This document shows positions 43,387-54,407 of a stretch of DNA of 64,000 nt, in pieces. Position 1 is the first letter of the stretch. Each line of letters opens with the position of its first letter. This DNA is from Granulicella sp. (GTDB lineage Bacteria; Acidobacteriota; Terriglobia; Terriglobales; Acidobacteriaceae), in contig CBDDDO010000007.1 of NCBI GenBank assembly GCA_965226655.1, forward strand, positions 98,532 to 162,531, read 5' to 3'. A program made the position numbers and the translations under genes. The notes under the pieces are model-generated. The model had not been told where the DNA came from, ran no database searches, and worked only from the letters and a program-made list of their open reading frames with translations.

Positions 43387-43704
43387 ATGGCACAGCAACG
43401 TATCCGTATCCGCTTGAAGGCTTATGACTATCGCGTTCTCGATGTTTCTACTTCTGAGATCGTTGAGACGGCAAAGCGCACGGGCGCGCAGGTTGCGGGA
43501 CCGATTCCTCTCCCGACGATGAAGAACAAGTATTGCGTTCTGCGTTCGCCCCACGTTGATAAGAAGTCGCGTGAAGCTTTCGAGATCCGCACGCACAAGC
43601 GTCTGATCGACATTCTCGAGCCGACGCAGCAGACCGTGGACGCGCTGATGAAGCTCGATCTGCCGGCTGGTGTGGACGTAGAGATCAAGACCGTTACGAA
43701 GTAA
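43387..43704 (+). CDS. rpsJ: 30S ribosomal protein S10
   Basis: [19 protein letters not shown]...GPIPLPT...[26 protein letters not shown]. Confidence 0.97.
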   Translation: MAQQRIRIRLKAYDYRVLDVSTSEIVETAKRTGAQVAGPIPLPTMKNKYCVLRSPHVDKKSREAFEIRTHKRLIDILEPTQQTVDALMKLDLPAGVDVEIKTVTK

Positions 43705-43720
43705 GTTCGTCGCCGCAATA

Positions 43721-43785
43721 GAAGCAGATCCTCGCTTCGCTCAGGATGACAATTCTCGGGGTATGAGGATGACAATTCTGGGGTA
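43721..43785 (+). repeat. Element B copy (with duplicated GAGGATGACAATTCT module) in the rpsJ-rplC spacer
   Basis: GAAGCAGATCCTCGCTTCGCTCAGGATGACAATTCTCGGGGTATGAGGATGACAATTCTGGGG. Confidence 0.8.
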
Positions 43786-43847
43786 ATGGAAACAGAAGTA
43801 CCTACAGTGCGGGCGCTCAACGCCGGGCATGATGAGGAAAGGGAAGT

Positions 43848-44576
43848 ATGTCAGTATCAGGGATTCTCGGTAAGAAAGTCGGCATGACGCAGATCTTCGA
43901 CGACCGCGGTGATATTCACCCGGTTACGGTTCTGAAGGTCGGCCCGTGCGTAATTACGCAGGTCAAGACGATGCAGAAGGACGGCTACTCTGCTGCCCAG
44001 ATCGGCCTCGTAGAGTTTGTGAAGGCTTCGAAGATCAACAAGGCCATGACCGGCCACTTCGCCAAGTCGAATGTTCCTCCGGTTCGCGAGATTCGCGAAG
44101 TGCAGGTGGAAGCTGTTGAAGAGGGCCAGGAAGGCATTAAGGCCGGCGATCGTTTGACCGTTGAGATCTTCAACGAGACCAAGTTTGTGGATGTGATTGG
44201 CAACAGCAAGGGCCGCGGTTTCGCGGGTGTTATTCGTCGCCACGGTTTCGGCGGCGGACCCAAGTCGCACGGTCACATGTTCCAGGTGCAGGGTTCGATC
44301 GGCGCCTCGTCGTTCCCCTCGCGCGTGTTCCCTGGCCAGAGAATGCCAGGCCACATGGGTACCAACCAGGTGACGGTTCGCAATCTTCGTATTCGCGCGA
44401 TCGACGTTGAGGACAACCTCCTTCTCGTTGAGGGTGCGGTTCCGGGAGCGCGTGATGGATACGTTCTCGTTTCGAAGTCGGTTGCTCCGCCGCGTGAGCG
44501 TCGTGGATTTGCCGGTGCCGCTACGAAGGACGCGTTGAAGGCTTCGAAGAAGGCTGCTCCTTCTAAGAAAAAGTAG
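43848..44576 (+). CDS. rplC: 50S ribosomal protein L3
   Basis: 242 aa. [13 protein letters not shown]...VTVL...[21 protein letters not shown].... Confidence 0.97.
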   Translation: MSVSGILGKKVGMTQIFDDRGDIHPVTVLKVGPCVITQVKTMQKDGYSAAQIGLVEFVKASKINKAMTGHFAKSNVPPVREIREVQVEAVEEGQEGIKAGDRLTVEIFNETKFVDVIGNSKGRGFAGVIRRHGFGGGPKSHGHMFQVQGSIGASSFPSRVFPGQRMPGHMGTNQVTVRNLRIRAIDVEDNLLLVEGAVPGARDGYVLVSKSVAPPRERRGFAGAATKDALKASKKAAPSKKK

Positions 44577-44690
44577 TAGGGAGTAAGTAGCAGAGAGTAG
44601 AGATATTCGTTGCGCGGGGATTAGACCGGGAAACGCAGCGTAACAAAATCAGGGCGACCCGCAACGTTGGGCGCGAGAAGAGAGAAGAAG

Positions 44691-45359
44691 ATGGCAAAGA
44701 TTCAGGTAGTCAATCTCACGGGAGCTAAGGTCGGCGAGTTCGAACTCGACGATTTGTTCGCCGGAGAAGTGAATGAGGCGTTGCTTTGGGAGGCTGTGAA
44801 GCATTATCGCGCAGCGCTTCGCCAGGGTACGCACGCGACCAAAAATCGTAAAGCGGTCAGCGGTGCTGGTAAGAAGCTGTGGAAGCAGAAGGGTACCGGT
44901 CGCGCACGCGTCGGTTCCATTCGCACTCCGCTCTGGCGTGGTGGTGGTACGGTCCATGGACCGCAGCCCCGCAGCTATGAGTATGCGTTTCCGCGCAAGA
45001 AGCTGCTGGGTGCGTTGCGCTCTGCCATCGCTTCGAAGATCAATGACGGCAAGCTGATCGTCCTTGAGAACTTTGAAGTAGAAGCCGGCAAGACGAAGAT
45101 CTTCCGCACCGCGCTGAACAAGCTCGATGCCAAGAAGACGACGCTGCTGGTGGAGAGCTCGCAGCAGTTGAGCGAGAAGCTGTACCTGGGTTCGCGCAAC
45201 CTGCAGGGTGTGGAGTTGGTGCTTTCTTCGGAAGTTCACCCCTACGACCTGTTGAAGTACGAGACCGCAATCTTTTCGAAGGCAGCATTCGAAGCGCTGC
45301 AGGACACCTTGAAGAAGGCTGTTTCCAAGCGCTCGCATGCTGAGAAGGAGGCTGCATAA
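44691..45359 (+). CDS. rplD: 50S ribosomal protein L4
   Basis: ATG 44691, MAKIQVVNLTG...GTHATKNRKAVSGAGKKLWKQKGTGRARVGSIRTPLWRGGG. Confidence 0.96.
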   Translation: MAKIQVVNLTGAKVGEFELDDLFAGEVNEALLWEAVKHYRAALRQGTHATKNRKAVSGAGKKLWKQKGTGRARVGSIRTPLWRGGGTVHGPQPRSYEYAFPRKKLLGALRSAIASKINDGKLIVLENFEVEAGKTKIFRTALNKLDAKKTTLLVESSQQLSEKLYLGSRNLQGVELVLSSEVHPYDLLKYETAIFSKAAFEALQDTLKKAVSKRSHAEKEAA

Positions 45360-45652
45360 TGCCTACCGTTTATAAGGTAATTCGCCGGCCTCTGATCACC
45401 GAGAAGGCCCTGACCACCCGCGAAGTCGAAGGCAGCCTGGTATTTGAAGTTGCCGCGAACGCGACCAAGACTGAAGTGAAGCAGGCTGTCGAGCACCTCT
45501 TCAACGTGAAGGTTGCGAGCATTCGCACCGCGAGCGTTGTGGGCAAGGAACGGCGCCGTGGCAAGTTTTCGGGTTATCTCCCCGACTGGAAGAAGGCGTA
45601 TGTACGTCTGAAGGCCGGCGAGAAGGTTCCTGACTTTGCAGCAGAGATCTAA
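45359..45652 (+). CDS. rplW: 50S ribosomal protein L23
   Basis: 97 aa. VIRRPLITEKA...LVFEV...ATKTEVKQAVEHLFNVKV. The start overlaps the rplD stop. Confidence 0.96.
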   Translation: MPTVYKVIRRPLITEKALTTREVEGSLVFEVAANATKTEVKQAVEHLFNVKVASIRTASVVGKERRRGKFSGYLPDWKKAYVRLKAGEKVPDFAAEI

Positions 45653-45668
45653 GAACAGAGAGTAGACA

Positions 45669-45706
45669 GTAAGGGGTAGACAGTAGAGAAGACTTCTACC
45701 CCTTAC
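45669..45706 (+). repeat. Perfect 12-bp hairpin built from the TAG-rich repeat, in the rplW-rplB spacer
   Basis: GTAAGGGGTAGA, a 14-nt loop, then TCTACCCCTTAC. Confidence 0.8.
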
Positions 45707-45788
45707 ACTGCGCTCCAGACACATAAAAGCACCACGTATCGCGCTGAAAGACGAAACAAGAACTTAGCGCGGCAAAGGAATCAGCACC

Positions 45789-46619
45789 ATGCCGATTAAA
45801 TCATTCCGTCCGATTACACCGACCCTTCGTTTTGCGACGAAGCTGGTCAACGACGACATCACCACAGACAAGCCGCATAAGCCGCTGCTCAGCGTAAAGC
45901 CGCGCACCGGCGGCCGCAACAATATGGGCAAGCTTGTGATCCGCCACCAGGGTGGTGGACACAAGCAGAAGCTTCGCATGATTGACTTCAAGCGCGAGAA
46001 GTACGGGATTCCCGGAACTGTCGCGACCGTGGAGTACGATCCAAACCGCAGCTCGCGCATCGCGTTGATCCACTACGCGGACGGCGAGAAGCGCTACATC
46101 ATTCAGCCGATCGGGCTGAAGGTGGGCATGAAGATCATGAGCGGCCCCGAGGCCGATATCCTGGTCGGCAATGCGCTGCCGCTCAAGAATATCCCGACCG
46201 GAACGATCGTGCACAACATCGAGCTTCGTCCTGGTAAGGGCGCGCAGATGGCGCGTTCGGCTGGCGCGCAGGTGAACCTGATCGCGAAGGAAGGCGACTA
46301 CGCGCTTCTGAAGCTGCCCTCCGGCGAGACCCGCAAGGTACTCGTGGAGTGCATGGCGACCATCGGCCAGGTTGGCAACACGGACCACGAGAATGTCACG
46401 ATCGGTAAGGCTGGACGCAACCGTTGGAAGGGCATCCGGCCCGCTAACCGCGGCGTGTCTATGAACCCGGTCGATCACCCGCACGGTGGTGGTGAAGGTA
46501 AGACCTCTGGCGGACGTCACCCGGTGACGCCGTGGGGTCAGCCGACACGCGGCTACAAGACTCGTAATAACAAGCGCACGGATGTGTTTATTGTGACGCG
46601 CCGGAATAAAGGCAAGTAG
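45789..46619 (+). CDS. rplB: 50S ribosomal protein L2
   Basis: 276 aa. [12 protein letters not shown]...GRNN.G....[15 protein letters not shown]...[21 protein letters not shown]. Confidence 0.98.
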   Translation: MPIKSFRPITPTLRFATKLVNDDITTDKPHKPLLSVKPRTGGRNNMGKLVIRHQGGGHKQKLRMIDFKREKYGIPGTVATVEYDPNRSSRIALIHYADGEKRYIIQPIGLKVGMKIMSGPEADILVGNALPLKNIPTGTIVHNIELRPGKGAQMARSAGAQVNLIAKEGDYALLKLPSGETRKVLVECMATIGQVGNTDHENVTIGKAGRNRWKGIRPANRGVSMNPVDHPHGGGEGKTSGGRHPVTPWGQPTRGYKTRNNKRTDVFIVTRRNKGK

Positions 46620-46776
46620 TAGAGGGTAAGTAGTAAGGAGTAGAAAATACTCCTTCGCGCTCTGCTCTGAGAAGCGCCCGGAAGAGCATTGGTTGAGAGA
46701 CCGGTGAAGCAAGGGCAAAACCAAGTCGCTGCACTCTTCGGAGCGATTCGTTGTATCGAGTACATAGGAGTAGTTC

Positions 46777-47061
46777 ATGTCACGTTCGACAAAGAAGGGC
46801 CCGTTCATCGACGCGCACCTGATGATCAAGATCGATACGCTGAATGCGGCGAACGACAAGAAGGTGATTCGCACCTGGTCGCGTCGCTCGACGATCCACC
46901 CGGATATGGTGGGTCACACGATTGCGGTTCATAACGGACGCAAGTTCATCCCGGTTTATTGCACCGAGAACATGGTCGGGCACAAGCTCGGTGAGTTCTC
47001 TGCGACCCGCACCTTCAAGGGCCACTCCGCGAAGGCTGCCGACACGGCGAAGGCTAAGTAA
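46777..47061 (+). CDS. rpsS: 30S ribosomal protein S19
   Basis: 94 aa. [15 protein letters not shown]...[31 protein letters not shown]. Confidence 0.97.
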   Translation: MSRSTKKGPFIDAHLMIKIDTLNAANDKKVIRTWSRRSTIHPDMVGHTIAVHNGRKFIPVYCTENMVGHKLGEFSATRTFKGHSAKAADTAKAK

Positions 47062-47107
47062 AAGATTTCGACGAAGGCAAGGCCTTTCGTCCTGAAGGAA
47101 TATTGCG

Positions 47108-47623
47108 ATGCAGAAAGCAAAAGCACCAAGCACTCCCGAATTTCGCGCAGAGGCCAAGTTCCAGCGCGGCAGCCCGCAGAAGGCCAAGCTCGTGCTTGAC
47201 CTGATCAAGGGCATGCGCGTTGAAGCGGCCATCAACCTGATCGCGGTCACCAACAAGCGCTGGTCTCCTATTGTCGAGAAGGTGCTGCGTTCGGCTGTAC
47301 AGAACGCGGTTTATCTCTCCGACGAGAAGAATCTGGACATCGACGTCGACAACCTTATTGTAAAGACGGCGATTGCCAACGAAGGCCCTCGCATGAAGCG
47401 CATCCGCCCTGCTCCCATGGGTCGTGCGTTCCGTTACCAGCGTCGCATTGCGCACATCATCATCACCGTTGCCGAGAAGAAGTCCGCGGCGAAGGTAGAG
47501 GCTGCTGCGCCTGAGGCAACGGCTGCACCGGTGAAGAAGACTGCCGGCAAGACGGTTGCGAAGAAGTCGGCTGCGAAGAAGACTGTGAAGAAAGCTGCCA
47601 AAAAGACGGCGGCTGCTAAGTAG
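47108..47623 (+). CDS. rplV: 50S ribosomal protein L22 with a Lys/Ala-rich C-terminal tail
   Basis: 171 aa. The L22 core ends near ...RIAHIIITVAEKK. It is followed by ~50 aa: SAAKVEAAAPEATAAPVKKTAGKTVAKKSAAKKTVKKAAKKTAAAK. Confidence 0.95.
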   Translation: MQKAKAPSTPEFRAEAKFQRGSPQKAKLVLDLIKGMRVEAAINLIAVTNKRWSPIVEKVLRSAVQNAVYLSDEKNLDIDVDNLIVKTAIANEGPRMKRIRPAPMGRAFRYQRRIAHIIITVAEKKSAAKVEAAAPEATAAPVKKTAGKTVAKKSAAKKTVKKAAKKTAAAK

Positions 47624-47776
47624 TAAAGCGAGTTAGCAGGTCAGCGAGGCAAGGAAAAGCGCTGACGTAGTTCTGGTGAGTGAGTTGAGGCTGAGGAGCG
47701 ATCCTCTCCCGACGAACAAAATCCGTGTAGTCACACCCTCCGGCTCAACCGGCAAGGGTGAGAAAAGAAGGAAGCT

Positions 47777-48451
47777 ATGGGACAGAAAGTCCATCCGTAT
47801 GGATTCCGACTCGGAATCAATAAACCCTGGAAGTCGCGGTGGTTTACCGAGCGTGGATTTGACAAGTTGCTGGTTGAGGACGTCAAGCTGAAGGCTGAGC
47901 TTCGTGAGAAGCTGAAGGCTGCCGGCGTGTCTTCGGTTGAGGTTGAGCGCCCAGGCAACAAGCTGCGTTTGATCATCCGCACTGCGCGTCCGGGCATCAT
48001 CATCGGCCGCAAGGGTGCCGAGATCGACAAGCTGAAGGCCGACATCCAGAAGCGCACGTCGCGGGAAGTCTTTATCGACATTCTCGAAGTGAACAAGCCG
48101 GAGCTTGATGCTCAGCTGGTGAGCGAGAACATCGCCCTGCAGCTGGAGAAGCGTGTTTCGTTCCGTCGTGCGATGCGCAAGTCGGTTGATTCGGCGCTGC
48201 GTTTCGGCTGCAAGGGCATCAAGGTCCGCGTTTCGGGCCGCCTAAACGGCAATGAAATCGCGCGGTCGGAGTGGTATCTCCAGGGCCGTCTGCCGCTGCA
48301 CACGCTGCGTGCGGATATTGATTATGGTTTTTCCGAGGCTCACACGACTTACGGGATCATCGGCGTCAAGACCTGGGTGTATCGCGGCGATATCTACGAG
48401 CAGAAGAAGCGCAAGCCAGCCGAGACGGTGGCAGCGACCGGCGCGTTCTAA
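47777..48451 (+). CDS. rpsC: 30S ribosomal protein S3
   Basis: 224 aa. [20 protein letters not shown]...[37 protein letters not shown]. Confidence 0.97.
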   Translation: MGQKVHPYGFRLGINKPWKSRWFTERGFDKLLVEDVKLKAELREKLKAAGVSSVEVERPGNKLRLIIRTARPGIIIGRKGAEIDKLKADIQKRTSREVFIDILEVNKPELDAQLVSENIALQLEKRVSFRRAMRKSVDSALRFGCKGIKVRVSGRLNGNEIARSEWYLQGRLPLHTLRADIDYGFSEAHTTYGIIGVKTWVYRGDIYEQKKRKPAETVAATGAF

Positions 48452-48529
48452 GTGCAGACAGTAGGGAGTAGACAGTAGGCAAGTAAAACTGCTCTGCTGT
48501 TTGCTTCCTGGTTGTTTTCTGTGCGGAAT

Positions 48530-48558
48530 TTGGCGTTTTGCGTTAATTTTGGTACACT
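48530..48558 (+). promoter_or_regulatory. Candidate internal promoter in the AT-rich rpsC-rplP spacer
   Basis: TTGGCG (48530-48535), a 17-nt spacer, then TACACT (48553-48558). It sits in an unusually long (253-nt) spacer that is locally AT-rich. Confidence 0.3.
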
Positions 48559-48704
48559 AATCAGGTTTGGCCCTGAGTCTGCGCGTGTGCTCTTTGGAGC
48601 CCTGGTGCAGAGACCCCGGTCAGCGTCTTCCTCGCCGAGTGAACTATCTCAAAGGCAGGATCTCGCCTCACACATTCGCTTTACGTATTTGCAGAGGAAT
48701 CACT

Positions 48705-49139
48705 ATGCTTTTGCCCAAGAAAGTTAAGTACCGTAAGCAGCAGCGCGGCCGCATGTGCGGCAAGGCATGGCGCGGCTCCGATATTTCGTTTGGCGACTAT
48801 GGCCTGAAGGTCATGGAGTGCGGCTACATCACCGACCGCCAGATTGAAGCTTCGCGTATCGCGATGACCCGCTTCATCAAGCGTGGCGGCAAGGTCTGGC
48901 TGCGTTTGTTCCCGGACAAGCCCATTACGAAGAAGCCGGCCGAAACCCGTATGGGTAAGGGTAAGGGCGCTCCCGATCATTGGGTTGCCGTCGTTCGCCC
49001 GGGCAAGGTGCTCTTCGAGATGGAAGGCGTGCCGATCGAGATTGCCAAAGAGGCGATGCGCCTCGCGGCCCACAAGCTTCCGCTGAAGACGACGTTTGTT
49101 GTTCGTCCCGGCATGAAGGTTGAAGTCGCGGCTAAGTAG
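48705..49139 (+). CDS. rplP: 50S ribosomal protein L16
   Basis: ATG 48705, [30 protein letters not shown]...[19 protein letters not shown]. Confidence 0.96.
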   Translation: MLLPKKVKYRKQQRGRMCGKAWRGSDISFGDYGLKVMECGYITDRQIEASRIAMTRFIKRGGKVWLRLFPDKPITKKPAETRMGKGKGAPDHWVAVVRPGKVLFEMEGVPIEIAKEAMRLAAHKLPLKTTFVVRPGMKVEVAAK

Positions 49140-49158
49140 AGATTTGTAGTGGTCCGGT

Positions 49159-49192
49159 GAAGCAGATCCTTCGCTTTGCTCAGGATGACAAA
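49159..49192 (+). repeat. Element B copy in the rplP-rpmC spacer
   Basis: GAAGCAGATCCTTCGCTTTGCTCAGGATGACAAA. Confidence 0.8.
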
Positions 49193-49237
49193 ACATAAAA
49201 ATGCAATGCCGTTCAGGCGGTAAGAAAGAAGTCAATT

Positions 49238-49447
49238 ATGGAACTCGACAAGATTCGCGGACTGAGCGACGAGGAGTTGAAGAGCGAAGAGGCGAAAGCC
49301 GCTGAGCAGCTCTTCCGCATCAAGTTCGCCAAGAGCCTGGGTAAGGTGGATGGTTTGAAGAACCTCCGCACTCTCAAGCTGGACATCGCACGCATCAAGA
49401 CCATCGCACGTGAGCGTGAGCTCGCAACAGCTAAGGGAGCAAAGTAA
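49238..49447 (+). CDS. rpmC: 50S ribosomal protein L29
   Basis: 69 aa. [25 protein letters not shown].... Confidence 0.93.
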   Translation: MELDKIRGLSDEELKSEEAKAAEQLFRIKFAKSLGKVDGLKNLRTLKLDIARIKTIARERELATAKGAK

Positions 49448-49794
49448 TGGCCGAGACTACTGTAGCAACGACGCCGGCCGAGCAGAATGCTCCTCGCCGC
49501 AATGAGAAGGTTGGTCAGGTTGTTTCGACCAAGATGCAGAAGACGATCGTGGTTGAGATCGAGATGCGCAAGGCTCACCCAAAGTACAAGCGGGTCATGA
49601 AGTCGAACAAGAAGTTTTATGCGCATGACGAGCAGAACTCGGCCCGCGTAGGAGATGTGGTTCGCATTCGCGAATCCCGCCCACTGTCGAAGCTGAAGCG
49701 TTGGTCGCTCGAAGAAATTATCCGCCGGTCGTCTTTGTCGGCGTTGCCTGACGAGAAGCCTTCGCGGGCAGAGAACGCCATACAGCGCGCGTAG
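49447..49794 (+). CDS. rpsQ: 30S ribosomal protein S17 (with N- and C-terminal extensions)
   Basis: 115 aa. [62 protein letters not shown]. Confidence 0.95.
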   Translation: MAETTVATTPAEQNAPRRNEKVGQVVSTKMQKTIVVEIEMRKAHPKYKRVMKSNKKFYAHDEQNSARVGDVVRIRESRPLSKLKRWSLEEIIRRSSLSALPDEKPSRAENAIQRA

Positions 49795-49918
49795 TTTCCC
49801 GCTGGATGTTGGTCTGGAAATTTGCTTTACAAGTTTCAAATGCTGGAGATAGCAACGGTACAAGCCGCCAAGCTCTCAAGCAAGTACCAGGACGAGAGTC
49901 CGGTTCAGGAGATTTACC

Positions 49919-50290
49919 ATGGCAGTTCAAATGCGCACCATGCTTGCCGTTGCCGATAACTCCGGCGCACGCAAGCTCCAGGTTATCCTGCCGCTCGGCG
50001 GCGGTCTCGGCAAGAAGGCCGGTCTCGGCGACGTGGTTACGGCGGCGGTCAAGGAAGCTTCGCCCGATGGCACCGTGAAGAAGGGCAAGGTCGTCAAGGC
50101 GGTCATCGTCCGTACGCACAAGGAGTATCGTCGCCGGGATGGAACGTACATCCGCTTCGACGAGAACGCGGCTGTTGTGATCAACGATGCGAACGAGCCA
50201 GTTGGCACGCGTGTATTCGGACCCGTTGCCCGTGAGCTGCGCGATAAGAAGTTTTTGAAGATTGTTTCGCTCGCGCCTGAAGTTATCTAG
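49919..50290 (+). CDS. rplN: 50S ribosomal protein L14
   Basis: 123 aa. [23 protein letters not shown]...[12 protein letters not shown]...[15 protein letters not shown]. Confidence 0.97.
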   Translation: MAVQMRTMLAVADNSGARKLQVILPLGGGLGKKAGLGDVVTAAVKEASPDGTVKKGKVVKAVIVRTHKEYRRRDGTYIRFDENAAVVINDANEPVGTRVFGPVARELRDKKFLKIVSLAPEVI

Positions 50291-50422
50291 GCAAGTAGTA
50301 GAGGGTAAGGGTTAAGTAGTAGATGAATTTCTCTACTCTTTACGCTCTACTCCTTATTTACTGCATTACCGGATTCCGGCTCCGTATTGCCGAGCCTGCT
50401 GTAGCAGGAGATGGAGAGAGTT

Positions 50423-50791
50423 ATGCCACGCAAGTACAAGCCAGCCCTGGTTGGCAACAAGAGCAAGATCAAGATCAAGCGTAACGACAAGGTTCTCGTG
50501 ATTGCGGGTAAGAGCAAGGGCAAGACCGGACGCGTTCTTCGCGTGATCGTCGATAAGCAGCGCGTGCTGGTTGAAGGCGTGAGCATGATTAAGAAGCATG
50601 TGAAGCCGAATCCGCAGCGTAATATTGCGGGTGGCATTCTTGAGCAGGAAGCACCGATCCATATCTCGAACGTGATGCTGGTCGATAGCGAAGGCAACAA
50701 GACCCGCGTTGGCTACCACGTTGCAGAAGGCAAGAAGACCCGCATTGCTCGTTCGAACGGCGTTGCGATTGAAGAGAAGAAGGCTAAGTAA
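50423..50791 (+). CDS. rplX: 50S ribosomal protein L24
   Basis: I prefer ATG 50423 (GGAGAGAG RBS just upstream) over 50411. KIKRNDKVLVIAGKSKGKTGRVLRV.... Confidence 0.93.
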   Translation: MPRKYKPALVGNKSKIKIKRNDKVLVIAGKSKGKTGRVLRVIVDKQRVLVEGVSMIKKHVKPNPQRNIAGGILEQEAPIHISNVMLVDSEGNKTRVGYHVAEGKKTRIARSNGVAIEEKKAK

Positions 50792-50951
50792 CAGGTAGTA
50801 GATGGTGAGGAGTAAGTAGTAGAGGGTTAGTCAGTTCTACTCCTTGCTACTTATCTCCTACTCCATCAAATTGAGTACCCCACGAAACGGTAAGCTACCC
50901 TCGCAAGAGTCGTAACCGGGCCGGAACCGTGGAGAAATGGAAGAAGAGATC

Positions 50952-51500
50952 ATGGCAGCACGGTTGAAAGAGAAGTACAACAGCGAAATCAAGCAGAGCC
51001 TGTTGAAGGACCTCGGCCTCGAGAACGTGATGGCAGTGCCAAAGCTCGAGAAGATCGTCATCAACATGGGTCTCGGCGAAGCAACGCAGAACGTCAAGAT
51101 CATGGATCCGCTGCTTGCGGACCTTGGTTCGATTGCGGGCCAGAAGCCGGTTATCACGAAGGCGAAGAAGTCGATCGCGGCGTTCAAGCTGCGTGAAGGC
51201 ATGCCCATCGGTGCGATGGTTACTCTGCGCGGTGATGCGATGTACGAGTTCCTGGATCGCCTGATTTCGATTGCGCTGCCTCGTGTGCGCGACTTCCGCG
51301 GTGTTTCATCGAAGAGCTTTGACGGCCGCGGCAACTATACGCTGGGTCTGCGCGACCAGTTGATCTTTGCTGAAATCGATTATGCGAAGGTCGACAAGAT
51401 CAAGGGCATGAATGTCACGATCGTGACGACGTCCAAAGACGACAACGGTGCACGCGAGCTGCTCAAGGGCTTCGGCATGCCGTTCCGTCAGGGTGCGTAA
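50952..51500 (+). CDS. rplE: 50S ribosomal protein L5
   Basis: ATG 50952, [44 protein letters not shown].... Confidence 0.96.
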   Translation: MAARLKEKYNSEIKQSLLKDLGLENVMAVPKLEKIVINMGLGEATQNVKIMDPLLADLGSIAGQKPVITKAKKSIAAFKLREGMPIGAMVTLRGDAMYEFLDRLISIALPRVRDFRGVSSKSFDGRGNYTLGLRDQLIFAEIDYAKVDKIKGMNVTIVTTSKDDNGARELLKGFGMPFRQGA

Positions 51501-51538
51501 GAGCAGGGATTAGTGAACAGGGATTAGGGATTAGGAAG
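51501..51538 (+). repeat. G-tract repeat in the rplE-rpsN spacer
   Basis: GAGCAGGGATTAGTGAACAGGGATTAGGGATTAGGAAG. Confidence 0.8.
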
Positions 51539-51551
51539 AAAAGAGAGATAT

Positions 51552-51737
51552 ATGGCTACTACTGCAAAGCGCGTCAAAGATGCACGAGTTCCGAAGTTCA
51601 AGTCCCGCCAGCACAACCGCTGCCAGCTTTGCGGTCGTCCTCGCGCGTTCCTGCGCAAGTTCGGCGTCTGCCGTCTGTGCTTCCGTGGCCTAGCGCTCAA
51701 GGGCGAGATCCCGGGTGTTGTGAAGTCCAGCTGGTAA
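51552..51737 (+). CDS. rpsN: 30S ribosomal protein S14, type Z (zinc-binding, 61 aa)
   Basis: [22 protein letters not shown], the Cys4 short form. Confidence 0.95.
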   Translation: MATTAKRVKDARVPKFKSRQHNRCQLCGRPRAFLRKFGVCRLCFRGLALKGEIPGVVKSSW

Positions 51738-51746
51738 GTCTACGGG

Positions 51747-51800
51747 CCTGGGCTAAAGCCCAGGTGCGTGGAGCGGACGAGACAGTGGGCTAAAGCCCAC
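51747..51800 (+). repeat. Two GGGCTAAAGCCC mini-hairpins in the rpsN-rpsH spacer
   Basis: CCTGGGCTAAAGCCCAGG (51747-51764) and GTGGGCTAAAGCCCAC (51785-51800). Confidence 0.8.
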
Positions 51801-51955
51801 TTCTAATCCGGAATGACATCGCGGATGAGTTGTGACGCAAGGTCTCTCCTTATCCGGCAAACAAGAACGGCGTGACACGCTGAAAAGCGCACCGCCACAA
51901 CCATTCCCGCAGGTTCTCCTGAAATCAGGAGCGAACGGGGGATGAAAGGAAAACG

Positions 51956-52354
51956 ATGAACCTCACCGATCCAGTTGCAGACTTTTTGACACGCATCCGC
52001 AACGCTCACCGCGCCAAGCACCAGAAGCTCGACGCACCGGCTTCCAAGCTGAAGACCGAGATTGCCCGCATCCTCAAGGAAGAGGGCTATATCGCGAACT
52101 ACAAGCCGGCGGAAGAAGACGGCATGAAGGTGTTGCGCGTGTACCTGAAGTACGGCCCGAACAACGAGCCGGTTATCCGCGACCTGAAGCGCATTTCGCG
52201 TCCCGGCTGCCGTGTGTATCTCGGCAAGGACGAGATCAAGCGCGTGCAGGGCGGCCTCGGCATTTCGATCATGACCACTCCCAAGGGTGTGATGACCGGT
52301 CGCCAGGCGCGTCGTGAAGGCGTTGGCGGAGAGATTCTCGCTGAAGTTTGGTAA
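51956..52354 (+). CDS. rpsH: 30S ribosomal protein S8
   Basis: 132 aa. LTDPVADFLTRIRNA......ILKEEGYI...GLGISIMTTPKGVMT...AR..GVGGEIL. Confidence 0.97.
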   Translation: MNLTDPVADFLTRIRNAHRAKHQKLDAPASKLKTEIARILKEEGYIANYKPAEEDGMKVLRVYLKYGPNNEPVIRDLKRISRPGCRVYLGKDEIKRVQGGLGISIMTTPKGVMTGRQARREGVGGEILAEVW

Positions 52355-52461
52355 GCAGCAGACACTAGAGATTAGACAGAAGACAGTAAGGGCGGTTTAC
52401 CCGCCGGCTGCAGTGGAACTCGAATGGATCGAGGGACTCGCAAGCCAACAAGGATTGAAAC

Positions 52462-53001
52462 ATGTCACGTATCGGCAAGAAGCCCATCACGATTCCCAAA
52501 GGTGTGAAGTACACCGTTGTGAGCAACATCTGCACCGTAGAAGGCCCCAAGGGCAAGACGACCGCGCTCATTCCGGAAGGCATTACGCTTTCGGAGAAGG
52601 ACGGCGTTCTTACGCTCGAGCGTCCTGATGACAAGCACTCGGCTGTTCATGGCCTGGCGCGCGCGCTGGTGTTCAATGCGGTTGAAGGCGTCACCAACGG
52701 CTGGAAGAAAGAGTTGGATGTTGTCGGCATCGGTTACCGTGTGGAGCTGAAGGGCAAGGACATGGTTGTGTTCACGCTTGGCTACTCGCACCCGATTGAG
52801 TTCCCGCTGCCTACCGGCATCACGGTGGAGGTCGACCCGAAGCAGACGCATGTGACTGTTTCCGGCATCGATCGCCAGAAGGTCGGCCAGATTGCCGCGG
52901 ACATGCGTTCGCTGCGCAAGCCCGACCCGTACAAGAACAAGGGTGTACGTTACTCCGACGAGAAGCTCAAGAAGAAGGTCGGCAAGACGGGCGCCAAGTA
53001 A
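52462..53001 (+). CDS. rplF: 50S ribosomal protein L6
   Basis: 179 aa. [16 protein letters not shown]...[11 protein letters not shown]...GYSHPIEF...[11 protein letters not shown]. Confidence 0.97.
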   Translation: MSRIGKKPITIPKGVKYTVVSNICTVEGPKGKTTALIPEGITLSEKDGVLTLERPDDKHSAVHGLARALVFNAVEGVTNGWKKELDVVGIGYRVELKGKDMVVFTLGYSHPIEFPLPTGITVEVDPKQTHVTVSGIDRQKVGQIAADMRSLRKPDPYKNKGVRYSDEKLKKKVGKTGAK

Positions 53002-53116
53002 TTCAGTAGACGGCCGGCAGGGCTTCCTGCTGGTCGTCCGCTGTTCCCTTTCGTTTTTAGATTCATCAACCGAACGTCGTCAGAGGCTGACGACGCTGTT
53101 AGGAAGGCAAAATATT

Positions 53117-53482
53117 ATGATCAACATTCCCCAACGCAATAACATTCGTCAGCGCGTCCACGACCGCATTCGCGCGAAGATGTCCGGCACTGCCGAGCGT
53201 CCGCGTTTGAATGTATACCGCTCGCTCAACCACATCTACACGCAGCTGATCGACGATGCGAACGGCGTTACGATCGCTTCGGCTTCGACGATGTCTCCCA
53301 AAGGCACGGAGCGCAAGGCCGGCGGCAACGTTGAGGCTGCCAAGGAAGTCGGCAAGCTGATCGCCGAGCGCGCGCAAGAGAAGGGTGTGAAGAAGGTTGT
53401 GTTCGATCGCGGCGGCTACCTGTATCACGGTCGTATCAAGGCGTTGGCAGATGCTGCCCGCGAAGCAGGACTCGAGTTCTAG
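53117..53482 (+). CDS. rplR: 50S ribosomal protein L18
   Basis: ATG 53117, ...[20 protein letters not shown]...[28 protein letters not shown]. Confidence 0.96.
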   Translation: MINIPQRNNIRQRVHDRIRAKMSGTAERPRLNVYRSLNHIYTQLIDDANGVTIASASTMSPKGTERKAGGNVEAAKEVGKLIAERAQEKGVKKVVFDRGGYLYHGRIKALADAAREAGLEF

Positions 53483-53556
53483 TTGTAACCAATAGCAGCC
53501 ACTAAGGACTGCACCTCCGGACCGGTGTGCCGGGGAGAATATAAAGAGGAAATACC

Positions 53557-54063
53557 ATGGCAATGAAGAAGAGACTCGATGGAAACCGCATGAACCTGAA
53601 GGACGAGGTTGTTTCGATCAACCGCGTGACCAAGGTCGTCAAGGGCGGTAAGAATATGTCGTTCGCGGCGCTCGTCATTGTTGGCGATGCTGCTGAAGGC
53701 GTCGTCGGCTACGGTTCCGGTAAGGCGAAGGAAGTGCCCCAGGCTATCCGCAAGGGTATCGAAGCCGCGAAGAAGAACCTGATCAAGGTCAATATGACTG
53801 GCTATACGATTCCGCACGTTGCCCTTGGCCACTATGGCGCGGGCGAAGTGCTGTTGAAGCCGGCTCCTGAAGGTACGGGTATTATCGCCGGCAAGACGGT
53901 TCGCGCCGTCATGACCGCTGCCGGTGTGCAGAACGTGCTGACCAAGAGCCTCGGCTCTGCGAACCCGCACAACGTGATCAAGGCGACGTTTGATGCCCTG
54001 ACGCAGCTGCGCGACAAGGCTGAGGTTGCTGCTTTGCGCGGCAAGTCGGTCGACGAACTTTAG
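53557..54063 (+). CDS. rpsE: 30S ribosomal protein S5
   Basis: 168 aa. [44 protein letters not shown]. Confidence 0.97.
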   Translation: MAMKKRLDGNRMNLKDEVVSINRVTKVVKGGKNMSFAALVIVGDAAEGVVGYGSGKAKEVPQAIRKGIEAAKKNLIKVNMTGYTIPHVALGHYGAGEVLLKPAPEGTGIIAGKTVRAVMTAAGVQNVLTKSLGSANPHNVIKATFDALTQLRDKAEVAALRGKSVDEL

Positions 54064-54098
54064 TAAGAACAGGGAATAGGGAGCAGGGAATAGGGAAT
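54061..54098 (+). repeat. G-tract repeat in the rpsE-rpmD spacer
   Basis: TAGTAAGAACAGGGAATAGGGAGCAGGGAATAGGGAAT. Confidence 0.9.
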
Positions 54099-54140
54099 AT
54101 TTCCTTCCTCTGCTCTTGTTTCTCGTAACGGAGAAGAACA

Positions 54141-54326
54141 ATGGCATCCGAAAAGACGATCAAGCTCCAGTACTTCCGTTCTATGATCTGCACGCCCGTC
54201 AAGCACAAGCTCGTTATCAAGGGCCTTGGTTTTACGCGTTTGAACCAGATCGTTGTGCGCGAGGACTCCCCGTCGATCCGCGGCATGGTGAAGAAAGTTC
54301 CTCACCTCGTCCGCTTTGTCGACTAG
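54141..54326 (+). CDS. rpmD: 50S ribosomal protein L30
   Basis: 61 aa. IKLQYFRSMICTPVKHKLVIKGLGFTRLNQIV...SIRGMV.KV.HLV. Confidence 0.93.
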   Translation: MASEKTIKLQYFRSMICTPVKHKLVIKGLGFTRLNQIVVREDSPSIRGMVKKVPHLVRFVD

Positions 54327-54407
54327 CCTTCACCCCGCTTCCAATTTCGGAAGCCACCACATGCGAGTCGTTTGCCCCTCGAGGCAAATGGCGTTAGCGA
54401 GGAAATT

